Of a stretch of 64,000 nucleotides of DNA, positions 42,268 to 53,950 are shown one piece after another (position 1 is the first letter of the stretch; each line of letters begins with the position of its first letter). This stretch comes from Octopus sinensis (taxonomy: Eukaryota), in NCBI RefSeq assembly GCF_006345805.1, contig NC_042999.1, forward strand, positions 143,530,001 to 143,594,000, in the 5' to 3' direction. Below the pieces are notes generated by a model. That model worked only from the letters and a program-made list of their open reading frames with translations, had not been told where the DNA came from and did not search any database. The translations under genes and the position numbers were made by a program.

Positions 42268-42628
42268 CATTTTTTGTTTTGCTAAATAAACACACACACT
42301 ATATATTTGTTCCTCACTCGTTTATTACTGTTCTTATTCTAACTCATGTCTAATTGTCCGGAAATCTTTCGCTACACATCTGCAACCTCTTTAGCGACAC
42401 TTTCCGTCTCCGTATGTACTCTTGCTCCGCTTATTCCATTCTCTTGTGACTCTGTGAGAATGGAATAAGCGCAACAAGATCACACACGAAGGCGGAAAGT
42501 GTCGGTGAAGAGGTCACAGATGTGTAGCGAAAGATTTCCAGACAATGGACATGTGTTTGAATAAGAACAGTAATAAACGAGTGAAGAACGAATATATAGA
42601 GCGTGTGTTTATTTAGCAAAAAGAAATG
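42268..42628. repeat. Fold-back palindrome (~175-bp arms, 12-nt loop at 42444-42455)
   Basis: Arms are diverged reverse complements. The arm consensus contains gtcg-ctgaaga-g-gttgca gatg tgtagc-gaaa, a decayed HHR-like motif. Confidence 0.8.
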
Positions 42629-42669
42629 ACCGTCCCGAAATGCAACAATATATGTATATATATTTTTTT

Positions 42670-43008
42670 TTTGTGACCCCCTTCGATCAGACACTGACCA
42701 TGGGCTTGCACCTAGAGAGTTACCCTCTGAGCCACATCTGGGCAAGGTTGTTTTTATGGAAGACCAGCAATCGCCCATGCATACCGGCCTCCCCTCTCCA
42801 CGTCACCAGTGTTATCCAAGGGAAAGGCAAGGGCCGATACAGCTTGGCACCTGTGACGTCGCAACTCATTTCTACAGCTGAGTGAACTGGAGCAACGTGA
42901 AATAAAGCGTCTTGCTCATGAACACAACACGCAGCCCAGTCTGGGAATCGAGCTCACAACCTCACGATCGTAAGCTCGACGCTCTAACCACTGAGCCACG
43001 CACCTTCA
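42670..43008 (-). mobile_element. tRNA-derived SINE (family C-related, CORE-like middle)
   Basis: Reverse complement gtggctcagtggttagagcgtcgagc..gctcgattcccagactgggc head and tttcacgttgctccagttcactcagctgtagaaatgagt body. Confidence 0.8.
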
Positions 43009-43017
43009 CACACACAC

Positions 43018-43157
<140 letters not shown>

Positions 43158-43378
43158 TCAATATAGGGTGGCAAAAAAAATTTTGTAGAATTTTTTTGCC
43201 ACCAGCGGCCTAGTGGGAAAAAATTAAATAGTCATAGACCATTTTTAAGTTCAACATCAACAATCAAGGAACGGCCATAATAGGCCATTCACCCACTAGA
43301 AATAACAGCCAAAGCTTCAACCGCAAATAAAAATCAATTCCGTAAACCAGAGAAAATTTAAAAAACATTTACCCTGTA

Positions 43379-43484
43379 ATTTCTTATACGATGCACCGTT
43401 TCATCTGCTGTTAATGGTAAACTAACCTGATTAAATTAAATCAAGCCAATCTTCCATAGGCCCTCAGATTCTTCAGTAAGAAAT
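43379..43484 (-). ncRNA. Type I hammerhead ribozyme, array copy 1
   Basis: atttctta-CTGAAGA-atctg..cagat-GAAA-cggtgcatcg-TA-taagaaat; predicted cleavage between 43387 and 43386. Confidence 0.9.
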
Positions 43485-43869
43485 AGCCCAAGTCGGAACA
43501 GATATTTTCACGAGGCATTTCCGACCCTGCCAAGGTAATATCTGACCTAAAATTTTCAAATCATCGCACTCGCGCCAAATTTATCGGCAGCAAATAAATA
43601 TAAGCCGTCGATTCCATTACGGAATTAACCAGAAAATTCATAATTAATCAATATAGGGTGGCAAAAAAAATTTTGTAGAATTTTTTTGCCACCAGCGGCC
43701 TAGTGGGAAAAAATTAAATAGTCATAGACCATTTTTAAGTTCAACATCAACAATCAAGGAACGGCCATAATAGGCCATTCACCCACTAGAAATAACAGCC
43801 AAAGCTTCAACCGCAAATAAAAATCAATTCCGTAAACCAGGAGAAAATTTAAAAAACATTTACCCTGTA

Positions 43870-43976
43870 ATTTCTTATACGATGCACCGTTTCATCTGCT
43901 GTTTAATGGTAAACTAACCTGATTAAATTAAATCAAGCCAATCTTCCATAGGCCCTCAGATTCTTCAGTAAGAAAT
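43870..43976 (-). ncRNA. Type I hammerhead ribozyme, array copy 2
   Basis: Identical core; predicted cleavage between 43878 and 43877. Confidence 0.9.
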
Positions 43977-44362
43977 AGCCCAAGTCGGAACAGATATTTT
44001 CACGAGGCATTTCCGACCCTGCCAAGGTAATATCTGACCTAAAATTTTCAAATCATCGCACTCGCGCCAAATTTATCGGCAGCAAATAAATATAAGCCGT
44101 CGATTCCATTACGGAATTAACCAGAAAATTCATAATTAATCAATATAGGGTAGCAAAAAAAAATTTTGTAGAATTTTTTTGCCACCAGCGGCCTAGTGGG
44201 AAAAAATTAAATAGTCATAGACCATTTTTAAGTTCAACATCAACAATCAAGGAACGGCCATAATAGGCCATTCACCCACTAGAAATAACAGCCAAAGCTT
44301 CAACCGCAAATAAAAATCAATTCCGTAAACCAGGAGAAAATTTAAAAAACATTTACCCTGTA

Positions 44363-44469
44363 ATTTCTTATACGATGCACCGTTTCATCTGCTGTTTAAT
44401 GGTAAACTAACCTGATTAAATTAAATCAAGCCAATCTTCCATAGGCCCTCAGATTCTTCAGTAAGAAAT
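44363..44469 (-). ncRNA. Type I hammerhead ribozyme, array copy 3
   Basis: Identical core; predicted cleavage between 44371 and 44370. Confidence 0.9.
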
Positions 44470-44813
44470 AGCCCAAGTCGGAACAGATATTTTCACGAGG
44501 CATTTCCGACCCTGCCAAGGTAATATCTGACCTAAAATTTTCAAATCATCGCACTCGCGCCAAATTTATCGGCAGCAAATAAATATAAGCCGTCGATTCC
44601 ATTACGGAATTAACCAGAAAATTCATAATTAATCAATATAGGGTGGCAAAAAAAATTTTGTAGAATTTGTTAATTCCGTAATGGAATCGACGGCTTATAT
44701 TTATTTGCTGCCGATAAATTTGGCGCGAGTGCGATGATTTGAAAATTTTAGGTCAGATATTACCTTGGCAGGGTCGGAAATGCCTCGTGAAAATATCTGT
44801 TCCGACTTGGGCT

Positions 44814-44920
44814 ATTTCTTACTGAAGAATCTGAGGGCCTATGGAAAATTGGCTTGATTTAATTTAATCAGGTTAGTTTACCATTAAACAGCAGATGAAA
44901 CGGTGCATCGTATAAGAAAT
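44814..44920 (+). ncRNA. Type I hammerhead ribozyme, array copy 4
   Basis: atttctta CTGAAGA atctg..cagat GAAA cggtgcatcg TA taagaaat on the plus strand; cleavage after 44912. Confidence 0.9.
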
Positions 44921-45306
44921 TACAGGGTAAATGTTTTTTAAATTTTCTCCTGGTTTACGGAATTGATTTTTATTTGCGGTTGAAGCTTTGGCTGTTATTT
45001 CTAGTGGGTGAAAGGCCTATTATGGCCGTTCCTTGATTGTTGATGTTGAACTTAAAAATGGTCTATGACTATTTAATTTTTTCCCACTAGGCCGCTGGTG
45101 GCAAAAAAATTCTACAAAATTTTTTTTTGCTACCCTATATTGATTAATTATGAATTTTCTGGTTAATTCCGTAATGGAATCGACGGCTTATATTTATTTG
45201 CTGCCGATAAATTTGGCGCGAGTGCGATGATTTGAAAATTTTAGGTCAGATATTACCTTGGCAGGGTCGGAAATGCCTCGTGAAAATATCTGTTCCGACT
45301 TGGGCT

Positions 45307-45413
45307 ATTTCTTACTGAAGAATCTGAGGGCCTATGGAAGATTGGCTTGATTTAATTTAATCAGGTTAGTTTACCATTAAACAGCAGATGAAACGGTGCA
45401 TCGTATAAGAAAT
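45307..45413 (+). ncRNA. Type I hammerhead ribozyme, array copy 5
   Basis: Identical core; cleavage after 45405. Confidence 0.9.
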
Positions 45414-45798
45414 TACAGGGTAAATGTTTTTTAAATTTTCTCCTGGTTTACGGAATTGATTTTTATTTGCGGTTGAAGCTTTGGCTGTTATTTCTAGTGG
45501 GTGAATGGCCTATTATGGCCGTTCCTTGATTGTTGATGTTGAACTTAAAAATGGTCTATGACTATTTAATTTTTTCCCACTAGGCCGCTGGTGGCAAAAA
45601 AATTCTACAAAATTTTTTTTGCCACCCTATATTGATTAATTATGAATTTTCTGGTTAATTCCGTAATGGAATCGACGGCTTATATTTATTTGCTGCCGAT
45701 AAATTTGGCGCGAGTGCGATGATTTGAAAATTTTAGGTCAGATATTACCTTGGCAGGGTCGGAAATGCCTCGTGAAAATATCTGTTCCGACTTGGGCT

Positions 45799-45905
45799 AT
45801 TTCTTACTGAAGAATCTGAGGGCCTATGGAAGATTGGCTTGATTTAATTTAATCAGGTTAGTTTACCATTAAACAGCAGATGAAACGGTGCATCGTATAA
45901 GAAAT
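45799..45905 (+). ncRNA. Type I hammerhead ribozyme, array copy 6
   Basis: Identical core; cleavage after 45897. Confidence 0.9.
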
Positions 45906-46025
45906 TACAGGGTAAATGTTTTTTAAATTTTCTCCTGGTTTACGGAATTGATTTTTATTTGCGGTTGAAGCTTTGGCTGTTATTTCTAGTGGGTGAATGG
46001 CCTATTATGACCGTTCCTTGATTGT

Positions 46026-46110
<85 letters not shown>

Positions 46111-46112
<2 letters not shown>

Positions 46113-46632
46113 GTAAATCCTCGCGTATAATCCGCATCTTTTTCCCAAAATTTAAAGGTCAAAATCCCTAGTGCGTACTATATACGAGTTTAAAAATGAA
46201 AAATATTTTATAAGCAATGTCCGAGTCTCTATTTGCTGTCCGGCAACGTTTATTCAGACGCATTTTGTGATGTCGGGTGCGAAAATACCTTAAGCTAAGC
46301 CTGAAAGCAATGAAGTCATAAAAGAATCATCCATAACTTGCAGTAAGCAACATTTATTAAAATAAAAGTATTCTGAACACAGAATAACATGTAACAAAAA
46401 CAATTTGCAGACATATTTACATTCCATTATAACAGTTAAGAACATCACCATTATTGTATTACGCATGCGCGGAAGTGTTTGCTCGACTAGGTGCTGCTGG
46501 TTTAATTACGCACGACTCAAGTTAGAGAAAGGATACGTATTATACACAAGGCTTAGATTTTTCAGAGGTACAGCCCCCTAAAAATCCCCTGCGTATTATA
46601 CTCAAGGGCGGACTATGCTCGAGGATTTACGG
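46111..46632. mobile_element. Tc1/pogo-type MITE in a TA array
   Basis: TIRs CCGTAAATCCTCG / CGAGGATTTACGG with TA on both sides; no ORF. Confidence 0.85.
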
Positions 46633-46701
<69 letters not shown>

Positions 46702-46764
46702 GGTCTTATATTTGTGTGTGTGTGTGTGTGTGTGCGCGCGCGCGTGTATGTGTGTGAGCGCGTG

Positions 46765-46893
46765 AAGGTGGATGGTTTAGTGGTTTTGATGTTGTACTCA
46801 CAATTGCGAGACTGTGGGTTCTATTCCCAGACCGGGCGTTGCGTTGTGATCTTCAGCAAAGCACTTCATTTCACGTTGCTCTTCGATCGTTTT
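46765..46893 (+). mobile_element. SINE family C head, interrupted by a MITE
   Basis: ggttctattcccagaccgggcgttg..ttcatttcacgttgctc; SINE-like sequence resumes after 47541. Confidence 0.6.
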
Positions 46894-46901
46894 GTCATCT
46901 G

Positions 46902-47533
46902 GGATCTTTTCCTTTTGAACGGCAGATGTTAACACAATTTCTAGTTAACTAAACACTTTTAAACTTCGTATACTGGTAGAATGTGTTTATAAAACATCAT
47001 TTTCTCTTGGTTTTATTGAGAAAATTCTATAGTTTGTAAGATATTTCGTCTGAAAATCCGAGCATTTCGGCAATTTTAACCAATCGATTACCTCCATTCA
47101 ACTAAAATCATTTGCTACGTCTAAAACTGAGACAACATCCTGTCTAAACTTCCCCGCTAACCCTAACCCTAATTTTTTTTTTCTTAATTGTTAAATTAAT
47201 TTAATTGTTACGCATGTAAAAAAAACTAAAGCAATGGAATTAAATTAATTTAACAATTAAGAAAAAAAAAATTAGGGTTAGGGTTAGCGGGGAGGTTTAG
47301 GGTTAGTTACAGGACGTTGTCTCAGTTTTAGACGCAGCAAATGATTTTAGCTCAAAAGAGAGCATAGGATTAGTTAAAATTCGAAAAATCAAACTACGTT
47401 AAACAAACAAATTACAATTTTCTCAAGAAAGCCAAGAGAAAAAATGTTTTATTTTGACACATTCTACCAGTATACGAAGTTTTAAAGTGTTTAGTTAACT
47501 AGAAATTGTCTGCCGTTCAAAAGGAAAAGATCC
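46902..47533. mobile_element. 632-bp fold-back MITE with 8-bp TSD (Merlin-like candidate) containing TTAGGG repeats
   Basis: TIRs start GGATCTTTTCCTTTTGAACGGCAGA. TSD gtcatctg at 46894-46901 and 47534-47541. Near-complete self-complementarity. (ccctaa)n at ~47156-47172 and (ttaggg)n at ~47272-47306. Confidence 0.85.
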
Positions 47534-47700
47534 GTCATCTGACTTATGGAACATGGCGCACCTGTACAGGTAATGTCGATTTGATGGAGTGGGTAAGTTT
47601 AAGTGAACACAAACATTCGATCACTATATACAAATCACCTGTGTTTCCGTTAAGCAAGAAATTGTCGAACTCCCATACGTCATCTAACGACGGGAGAGTC

Positions 47701-47805
<105 letters not shown>

Positions 47806-50407
47806 ATGTGTGTATGTATATATATATATATATATATATATACGACAGGCTTCTTTTAGTATCCGTCAACCAAACCCACTCGAGGCAATAGTAAGACACC
47901 TACCGAAGGTAGGTGTCTTACCATGGTTGGGAAACTAACTTCTTACTACACAGCCACGTCTGCACACAGCTATGCCTAAGTCCATTTTTTTTAAATGAAA
48001 TTAACTAAAATGCATGGTTTCTAGTTCGTTTTGTGTTTTCTGATTTCAGCGTGAAAGCTCTCCAAAGTTGACACCAGTAATGTATAAAGGTTCATAATTT
48101 GCTTAAGTCTCACCCATACAAAAATGTTTCCTCTAGAAAAAAGAATTATAATAATGCAAAGAAATAATTTTAAAATAAATCATTTTAAGATATTAAATAT
48201 TTCGTTCAAAGTTTGTATGTTTATACGTATATTGATTTCGTTCAATACTCTGAAAAAGACTTCGTTATATCTAATCTGTTTAATGGTTCGTTAAATGTGG
48301 ATGATTTTTGGCTCTCGTTCACCCTGAGAGATGTCCCACACTGACAGAACGTGGTGGTTCACCATTAATAAAATGAATACAAACATAGGAGGAAAATATT
48401 CCCTGTAGTACTAATTACACTAAAAATAATCACTAGCTGTCCTTGTCTTGCTGAAACTATGGTGCCTATTTTTTTGGCCACTTTTGTAGATTTGATTTTT
48501 CTTGGACTCCGCACTGTCGTATATCCACTAAAAAAAAGTTACATATATTAACAGGAAAATAATTACGCTACGGTTATTGTAAGCTGGTTGTTCGACAAAG
48601 GGTCAAAATCTCAAATGTCCTCAATGAAGTGTTCTCATGTTTCTTAAAATGATGCAGCCAATCTTTGCTTGCACTAGCATTCTCCACCCAAGATTCGGGT
48701 AGTGTTGTAGTGGAGTGTGCTGACCGCATAGACTGGCCACTTTACTTTTGATATGGGGGTAACAAGTTTGGTGACTGCACAGAGCAGCCAAAACCCTCGT
48801 AATGCCACTAGATTCAAGTATCTGCAGAAAAAAAATCGACTCCTATATTCAAATGCCAAACTCTTGACTTCTTTTATAGTTTAAGTACTACATATGCTGG
48901 AGTACGTGTTACTACATGTATCAGTGTACTTGTCATAACGGAGTTAGAACATTTTCCAAATAACCCTTTTTATCACGTTCCAACTAGCCCCATACAATAA
49001 AGACTACAACATATGACGTATACACATCACAAATTAGAACAGGCAAATTATTTTCTTCCCAATTCCAGTTACTACTCAACAATCAGTACAGAAAAAACAT
49101 ACATTCCTAACTACAGTATTTTCTAAACAAACTGAATAATCCTAACAAATCGAAATTATACTTTAACATGTAAAAAAATACAGAAATCTTTGTTGGCTTG
49201 AAAACCTACATCAAATTAATACCAATATGACTGAAAGGTGGTATGAGAAGCTGTCACAAGATGGCAGCATAGTCCTCAACAGATTTTTCGTTTCTTCTGA
49301 AAATGGATGATTCAATTTAACCTATATTCCAAATAACTACTCCATCCTTCCTCTTCCCCCACTCTCTTTCTCTATTTTTTTATTTACTTTACAATTTCTA
49401 TACAGTGGAAGTAATAAAACCTTGAAGTAAATGTTTCTAGCACTCAAACACAATAAGCAAAATATTACAATTGTTTAGATATTTTTCTCTTTATATTTCT
49501 TTTCATTTAGTATTACTGTTATATTTTATTTATTTATTCATGTATTTATTATTATTGTTGTTACAGCTCACACGATTGTTGGCTAAAAGTACCAACCTAC
49601 ATTGAAAACTTGATAAAATGAAAATGCAATTACGAAACGAATTCAAGGAGATATAAAAAGAATTGAATGACTTAGCAATATTTTACAAGATGGAAACCAC
49701 AGTAATTTAATTTTTCGGTTTTTTGTTTATTTTGATCGTTAATGTCATTCAGTAATCTCTGTTGGTGATGATGGATATGGAGAAGCGGTAGACTTGGTAT
49801 TATTTAGCTTTATCCCTTTCAATCTTGATTTGAAATCTTATCAAAGTTGATTTCAGCTTTGTTCCGTTAGGATCCCATGAAAGATATAGAAGGTGATTCA
49901 ATTACACGTACTCTTTTACCAATAAAAAATTCACTTTATGCAAAAGGAACGTAGCTAAGCAATTTGCGATATTATAATCTTTGCAGTGAATTGGTGTATA
50001 CAAAAGGACCCATTCTCTTTTGTAGCGTTATAAGAAACATTTCTCAATCATTCCAATGTGTACTTAGTCCAAAATTCTTGCGTTTGTTTAGATTTTGGAG
50101 TCTGACACATAAGAACTAATAATAAATATAGGAAAACTCCTAAAATGTAATCAATGCAGATGCTAAGGATTTATAATTTGAAGGTGTTACCATTAAAATT
50201 TGGTCACAAAATGCTGCTGTATAAAAATATATAACTGGTAATAGTCATAAAAAATAACTCTTGTTCTCAGCACTTGGTAACGATTTGGCTTTATAACATA
50301 AGGACTACTAATAAACATGTAAAATATCTCTGGTGTAAGAGAAAATTGTGTTGGAAACAATCTTTAAATCATTTTCATTGAAAACTGTTTGAAAAGGGCA
50401 GCTTACA

Positions 50408-51195
50408 TAGGGTGATGCTCGAAAAAGTATCCTGGGTTCCGTATCATAGTGTAAATACAGATATAAATTTACATACACGGAAAAGAACTGAACATTTCTT
50501 TCGCAAGTGTCATTGTATTATTTCGACTGTTTGTAACCGCTGAACAATGACGGCACACTAGTCGACTGTTTGCTACGAAATTTTTACTGCATCCTCACCA
50601 GATTAGTTGATTGTAAGATTGTATCCCTAGCTTTTTCTGCTAAATGACGTACTCAGTAGCGGAAAGAGTGAAGATCGTGGAAGCATATATGAGAACGGGT
50701 TATGTTAAGCAAACGCGTGAAATTCTTGAAGTCAAATTTCCGGGTAAAGGCTTACCAGCAAAGAGAACGATGCAAATGTTGGTTAAGAAGTGACGCGTTA
50801 CGGGGTCAGAGAACAACGCTCCTAAGGAAAGAGACCCTGCAGTTCGAACGCCGGAAGTTATTCAGGACATTCGCTGAAGGATTACTCGAAGTCCAAAGAA
50901 GTCAACACGGAAATTGACGCAGCAATCTCACATAAGCAGGAAGTCATGCCAACGGGTGAGGAAAAGTATCAAGTTAAAGTCATTTCATTTCACATGTGTA
51001 CAACAATTAAAAGTGGATGGCAAAAGTAAACGAGTGAATTACTGCGCATGGCTTCTGAATAGCAGATACCAACGGTCGAAATAAAAACAAGGACACTTGC
51101 AAACGAAAGGCTGGGTGCTTTTTCGCGTGTGTAAATTTATTTCTATATTTACACAATGCTACGGAACCCAGGCTACTTTTTCGTGTGCCACCCTG
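50408..51195 (+). mobile_element. Internally deleted Tc1/mariner (maT/DD37D-like) transposon
   Basis: Long imperfect TIRs (CAGGGTGGCACACGAAAAAGTAGCCTGGGTTCCGT). N-terminal transposase from ATG 50644: MTYSVAERVKIVEAYMRTG..FPGKGLPAKRTM..RTPEVIQDI..SPKKSTRKL, with stops; catalytic part missing. Confidence 0.8.
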
Positions 51196-52784
51196 TAAAA
51201 GGATTGACAAAGTTTGAAAAATAATACAGATAAAAACCACAACTGTGTTATCAATTTTCACCAATTTGCTTTATTTATTTGAATGTAATATTATTATGTT
51301 TACAGTTTTTTAATCGTAATCATACTTGTTTACCAAATGATTTGAATCCGTATGTTGAAACCGGATCAATTACATCCTGGAAAAGTCATTTTAGTCATAT
51401 CTAAAAACACAAAAACTCCATTATTAACTTTTCAATTATTGCTTAATGATACTGTGCCTTTTTTTAAAGAAAATTTCTATTTTATTTATTCATTTAAATA
51501 ATTCATATTTTTCACCTCAAATTTCAGATTGACAAAACTGAGATCGTTTTCATAAGCTGAAATTTATATGAAGAAAAATAATAGAATCAGAAAAAGAAAG
51601 AGAAATTCGAATCGAAGGAATTTGTAAAAGCATTCTAAAATATTGTAATTGTTCATATTTCAAATTCCTCTAAGTTACTGCTGACTACAAAAACGTTTTA
51701 ACACTAGTACACCGGGCCCCAAGATCTGTGGCAGATTCTCTGAATGATGTTGTCAAGAGCCGCAGTGTATCTTGCACCCATTTTCACATAGATAAAAGGA
51801 AAACAAAATACAAATCCATTTTCACATCTTCCCTCTGATTTACAAATTTTATTTATCAATATATTATTTTTCTTAACACAGAAACAGACACTTATTATTA
51901 TATACTCTGCGCACTCGTCCTAACTCATCCTGCACGAGTTCACTACCTTCATTAGATGCAAATAAATAAAAATTGATAGAATCCCAGATTACTCTTACGG
52001 AAAGAAACAACGAGTCTCTGTGAATTAACAAGCTTTCCAACATTCACAAAAGTGTGCGATGAAATTTCTTTTTTTGAAGTAGTCGTACCTCATACAATGT
52101 ATTAAGCCTCACTTAAACAAGTGCGCGCACACACATACTCACACACAACTAGCTGGGGCACCTAGCGTTGCCCAGGTACCAACTTTTCTTTTTCCGTTAT
52201 GTTTATAGCAAACTTTAATGTAGATCATTTTGTATTTTATGTTGTAATACATATACAGGTCTAAAGGGGAATTTCCTTGTTATTCTATGTGTGAAACTTT
52301 TAAACTGTTTATTAATAATTTTATTTTTGTGATTTACGAAATTACTCTCTTTATATTTAACTTTGTGTGTATTCTTGTAATTCTAATTTGATATGCAACA
52401 CAAAGCAAAAGCAATTCTAACCGATGTTTTATTCCGTAAAGGTTCTGTGATGGAGAACTTTTCTTATTCTATAGACTGGCGTTCTGATGAAAAGATATCC
52501 ACTTCACACGCGCGTGAACATATATCAGAGTTGACCAGGAAAGAAACAATTGTCAATTCAACTTAATAGTCTTAGGGGTAAAGCAGCTTGAACTGAAACG
52601 GCATATTTGATTAGAGAAATGCGTTGAACGAAAACCTCTTTTCCTTCGGTACAAACTTTCAACTTACTAGCTTCGATTATATGGACTTTAAAGAGTGCTA
52701 CTTAGGCGTGTGATCGACAACCGACAACTGAAAGTAAGAGCATTCATTAGTTTATACAGTTCTATATTTAAGAGATGAGGTATT

Positions 52785-52939
52785 ATGTACATTATTTACA
52801 TTTGATGGATATTTGTCCTCAGCTTGTTTGTTAACACAACGTTTCGGCTGATATACCCTCCAGCCTTCATCAGGTGTCTTGGGGAAATTTCGAACCTGGG
52901 TTCTCATTCCTAAGGTATGTTTCGATATTATTATTATTA

Positions 52940-52979
<40 letters not shown>

Positions 52980-53236
52980 GCCAGTGGGCATATGGTGTAA
53001 TGGTTAAGAGCGCGGGCTACTAACCCCAAGATTCCACGTTCGATTCCAGGCAGTGACCTGATTATTAATAATAATTATAACAACAACAACAACATCGAAA
53101 AATACCTTAGGAATGAGAACCCAGGTTCGAAATTTCCCCCTGACACCTGATGAAGGCTGGAGGGTATATCAGCCGAAACGTTGGGTTAATAACACAAGAT
53201 GAGGACAAATATCCGTCAACTGTAAATAATGTGCAT
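52785..53236. mobile_element. tRNA-headed, HHR-bearing SINE-like element with an inverted partial copy
   Basis: Plus strand: tRNA-like head 52986-53060 (TGGTGTAATGG A box, GTTCGATTCC B box), (AAT/AAC)n, body 53094-53236 with HHR 53142-53187. Inverted body 52785-52928 with HHR 52833-52878. Confidence 0.85.
52833..52878 (-). ncRNA. Minimal type I HHR (plus-strand twin at 53142-53187)
   Basis: gacac-CTGATGA-a-ggctg gagggtatat cagcc-GAAA-cg-TT-gtgtt. One extra A before stem II; palindromic aacgtt stem III. Confidence 0.75.
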
Positions 53237-53379
53237 TCATTAGCTTATTGTGAAATTTGGATGCACCAACACTTTGTAACGGTACAAATCTAGCTGTCAA
53301 AACTTAACTGGGTGCTGTTATGTCGTGTGATCTACAAATTAAAGGGAGATTACTTTAGGTTACTTTTTAGTTTACTTTT

Positions 53380-53950
53380 CAGTTTCTAAAATTCCTGAAG
53401 ATGTTGAAAGCCATAGACTGTACATTATTTTCAATGAAAATCAGTGTTTGATTGTTCATGACAAAGGTAATTTATAGGTGTTATTATATTTTTACTCCTG
53501 AAATGCTTGATATATGTCTTCTGTAATATTGTCTTGATGATTATGCTTAGAGTACTTAGAATTCGATGATGAACAGATACATAGAAGAGACTTGTCTTCT
53601 TGTTTCAAACCTCTACCAAATATACTCCAAACTGCGTCATCAAAGAAACATCTCTGGGGAATTTTGTGATATGTTGTGCAAATATAGCAAACAATACTTT
53701 TAAGATCCTGGCACATGATTGGACCATGGATATTGTATAGGAACTCTTTGAAAATATTAAAAGGTAATTCAAACTCATCATTTAACAATTAGATCTCAAA
53801 AAAATTAGTATGTGGTTTCAAATACTAAGAAAGATAAGATAATGTTTCTCATTTAAATTTGTTTATTTTGCTTTCAGAACATGTTTTCTATAAGTACACT
53901 TCCAGAATCTGTAACAATAACTGTGAGACAATTATATATCATACAGAATA
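53380..53950 (+). pseudogene. Highly decayed Penelope-like RT remnant
   Basis: Colinear degenerate motifs across frames: DVESHRLY (motif A), LCLEYLEFDDEQIH..KPLPNIL (motif B), DNVSHLNL (FLD-like), VFYKYT; many stops. Confidence 0.3.

Noticed and set aside
48560-48830. Apparent minus-strand exon after a tttttttctgcag acceptor (66 open codons, faint COMM-like LGWRM)
   Set aside because: An overlapping frame gives SKVKWPVYAVSTLHY, resembling the RTE/BovB TKVKVYRAVVLSTLLY motif, and there is no convincing donor or partner exon. More likely a decayed LINE.
52986-53060. Functional tRNA gene
   Set aside because: Acceptor and anticodon stems pair poorly and it runs into a repeat body; treated as a SINE head.
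53492-53788. 98-aa minus-strand ORF with natural-looking composition
   Set aside because: It is antisense to a decayed PLE RT remnant and has no recognisable domain or splice context.
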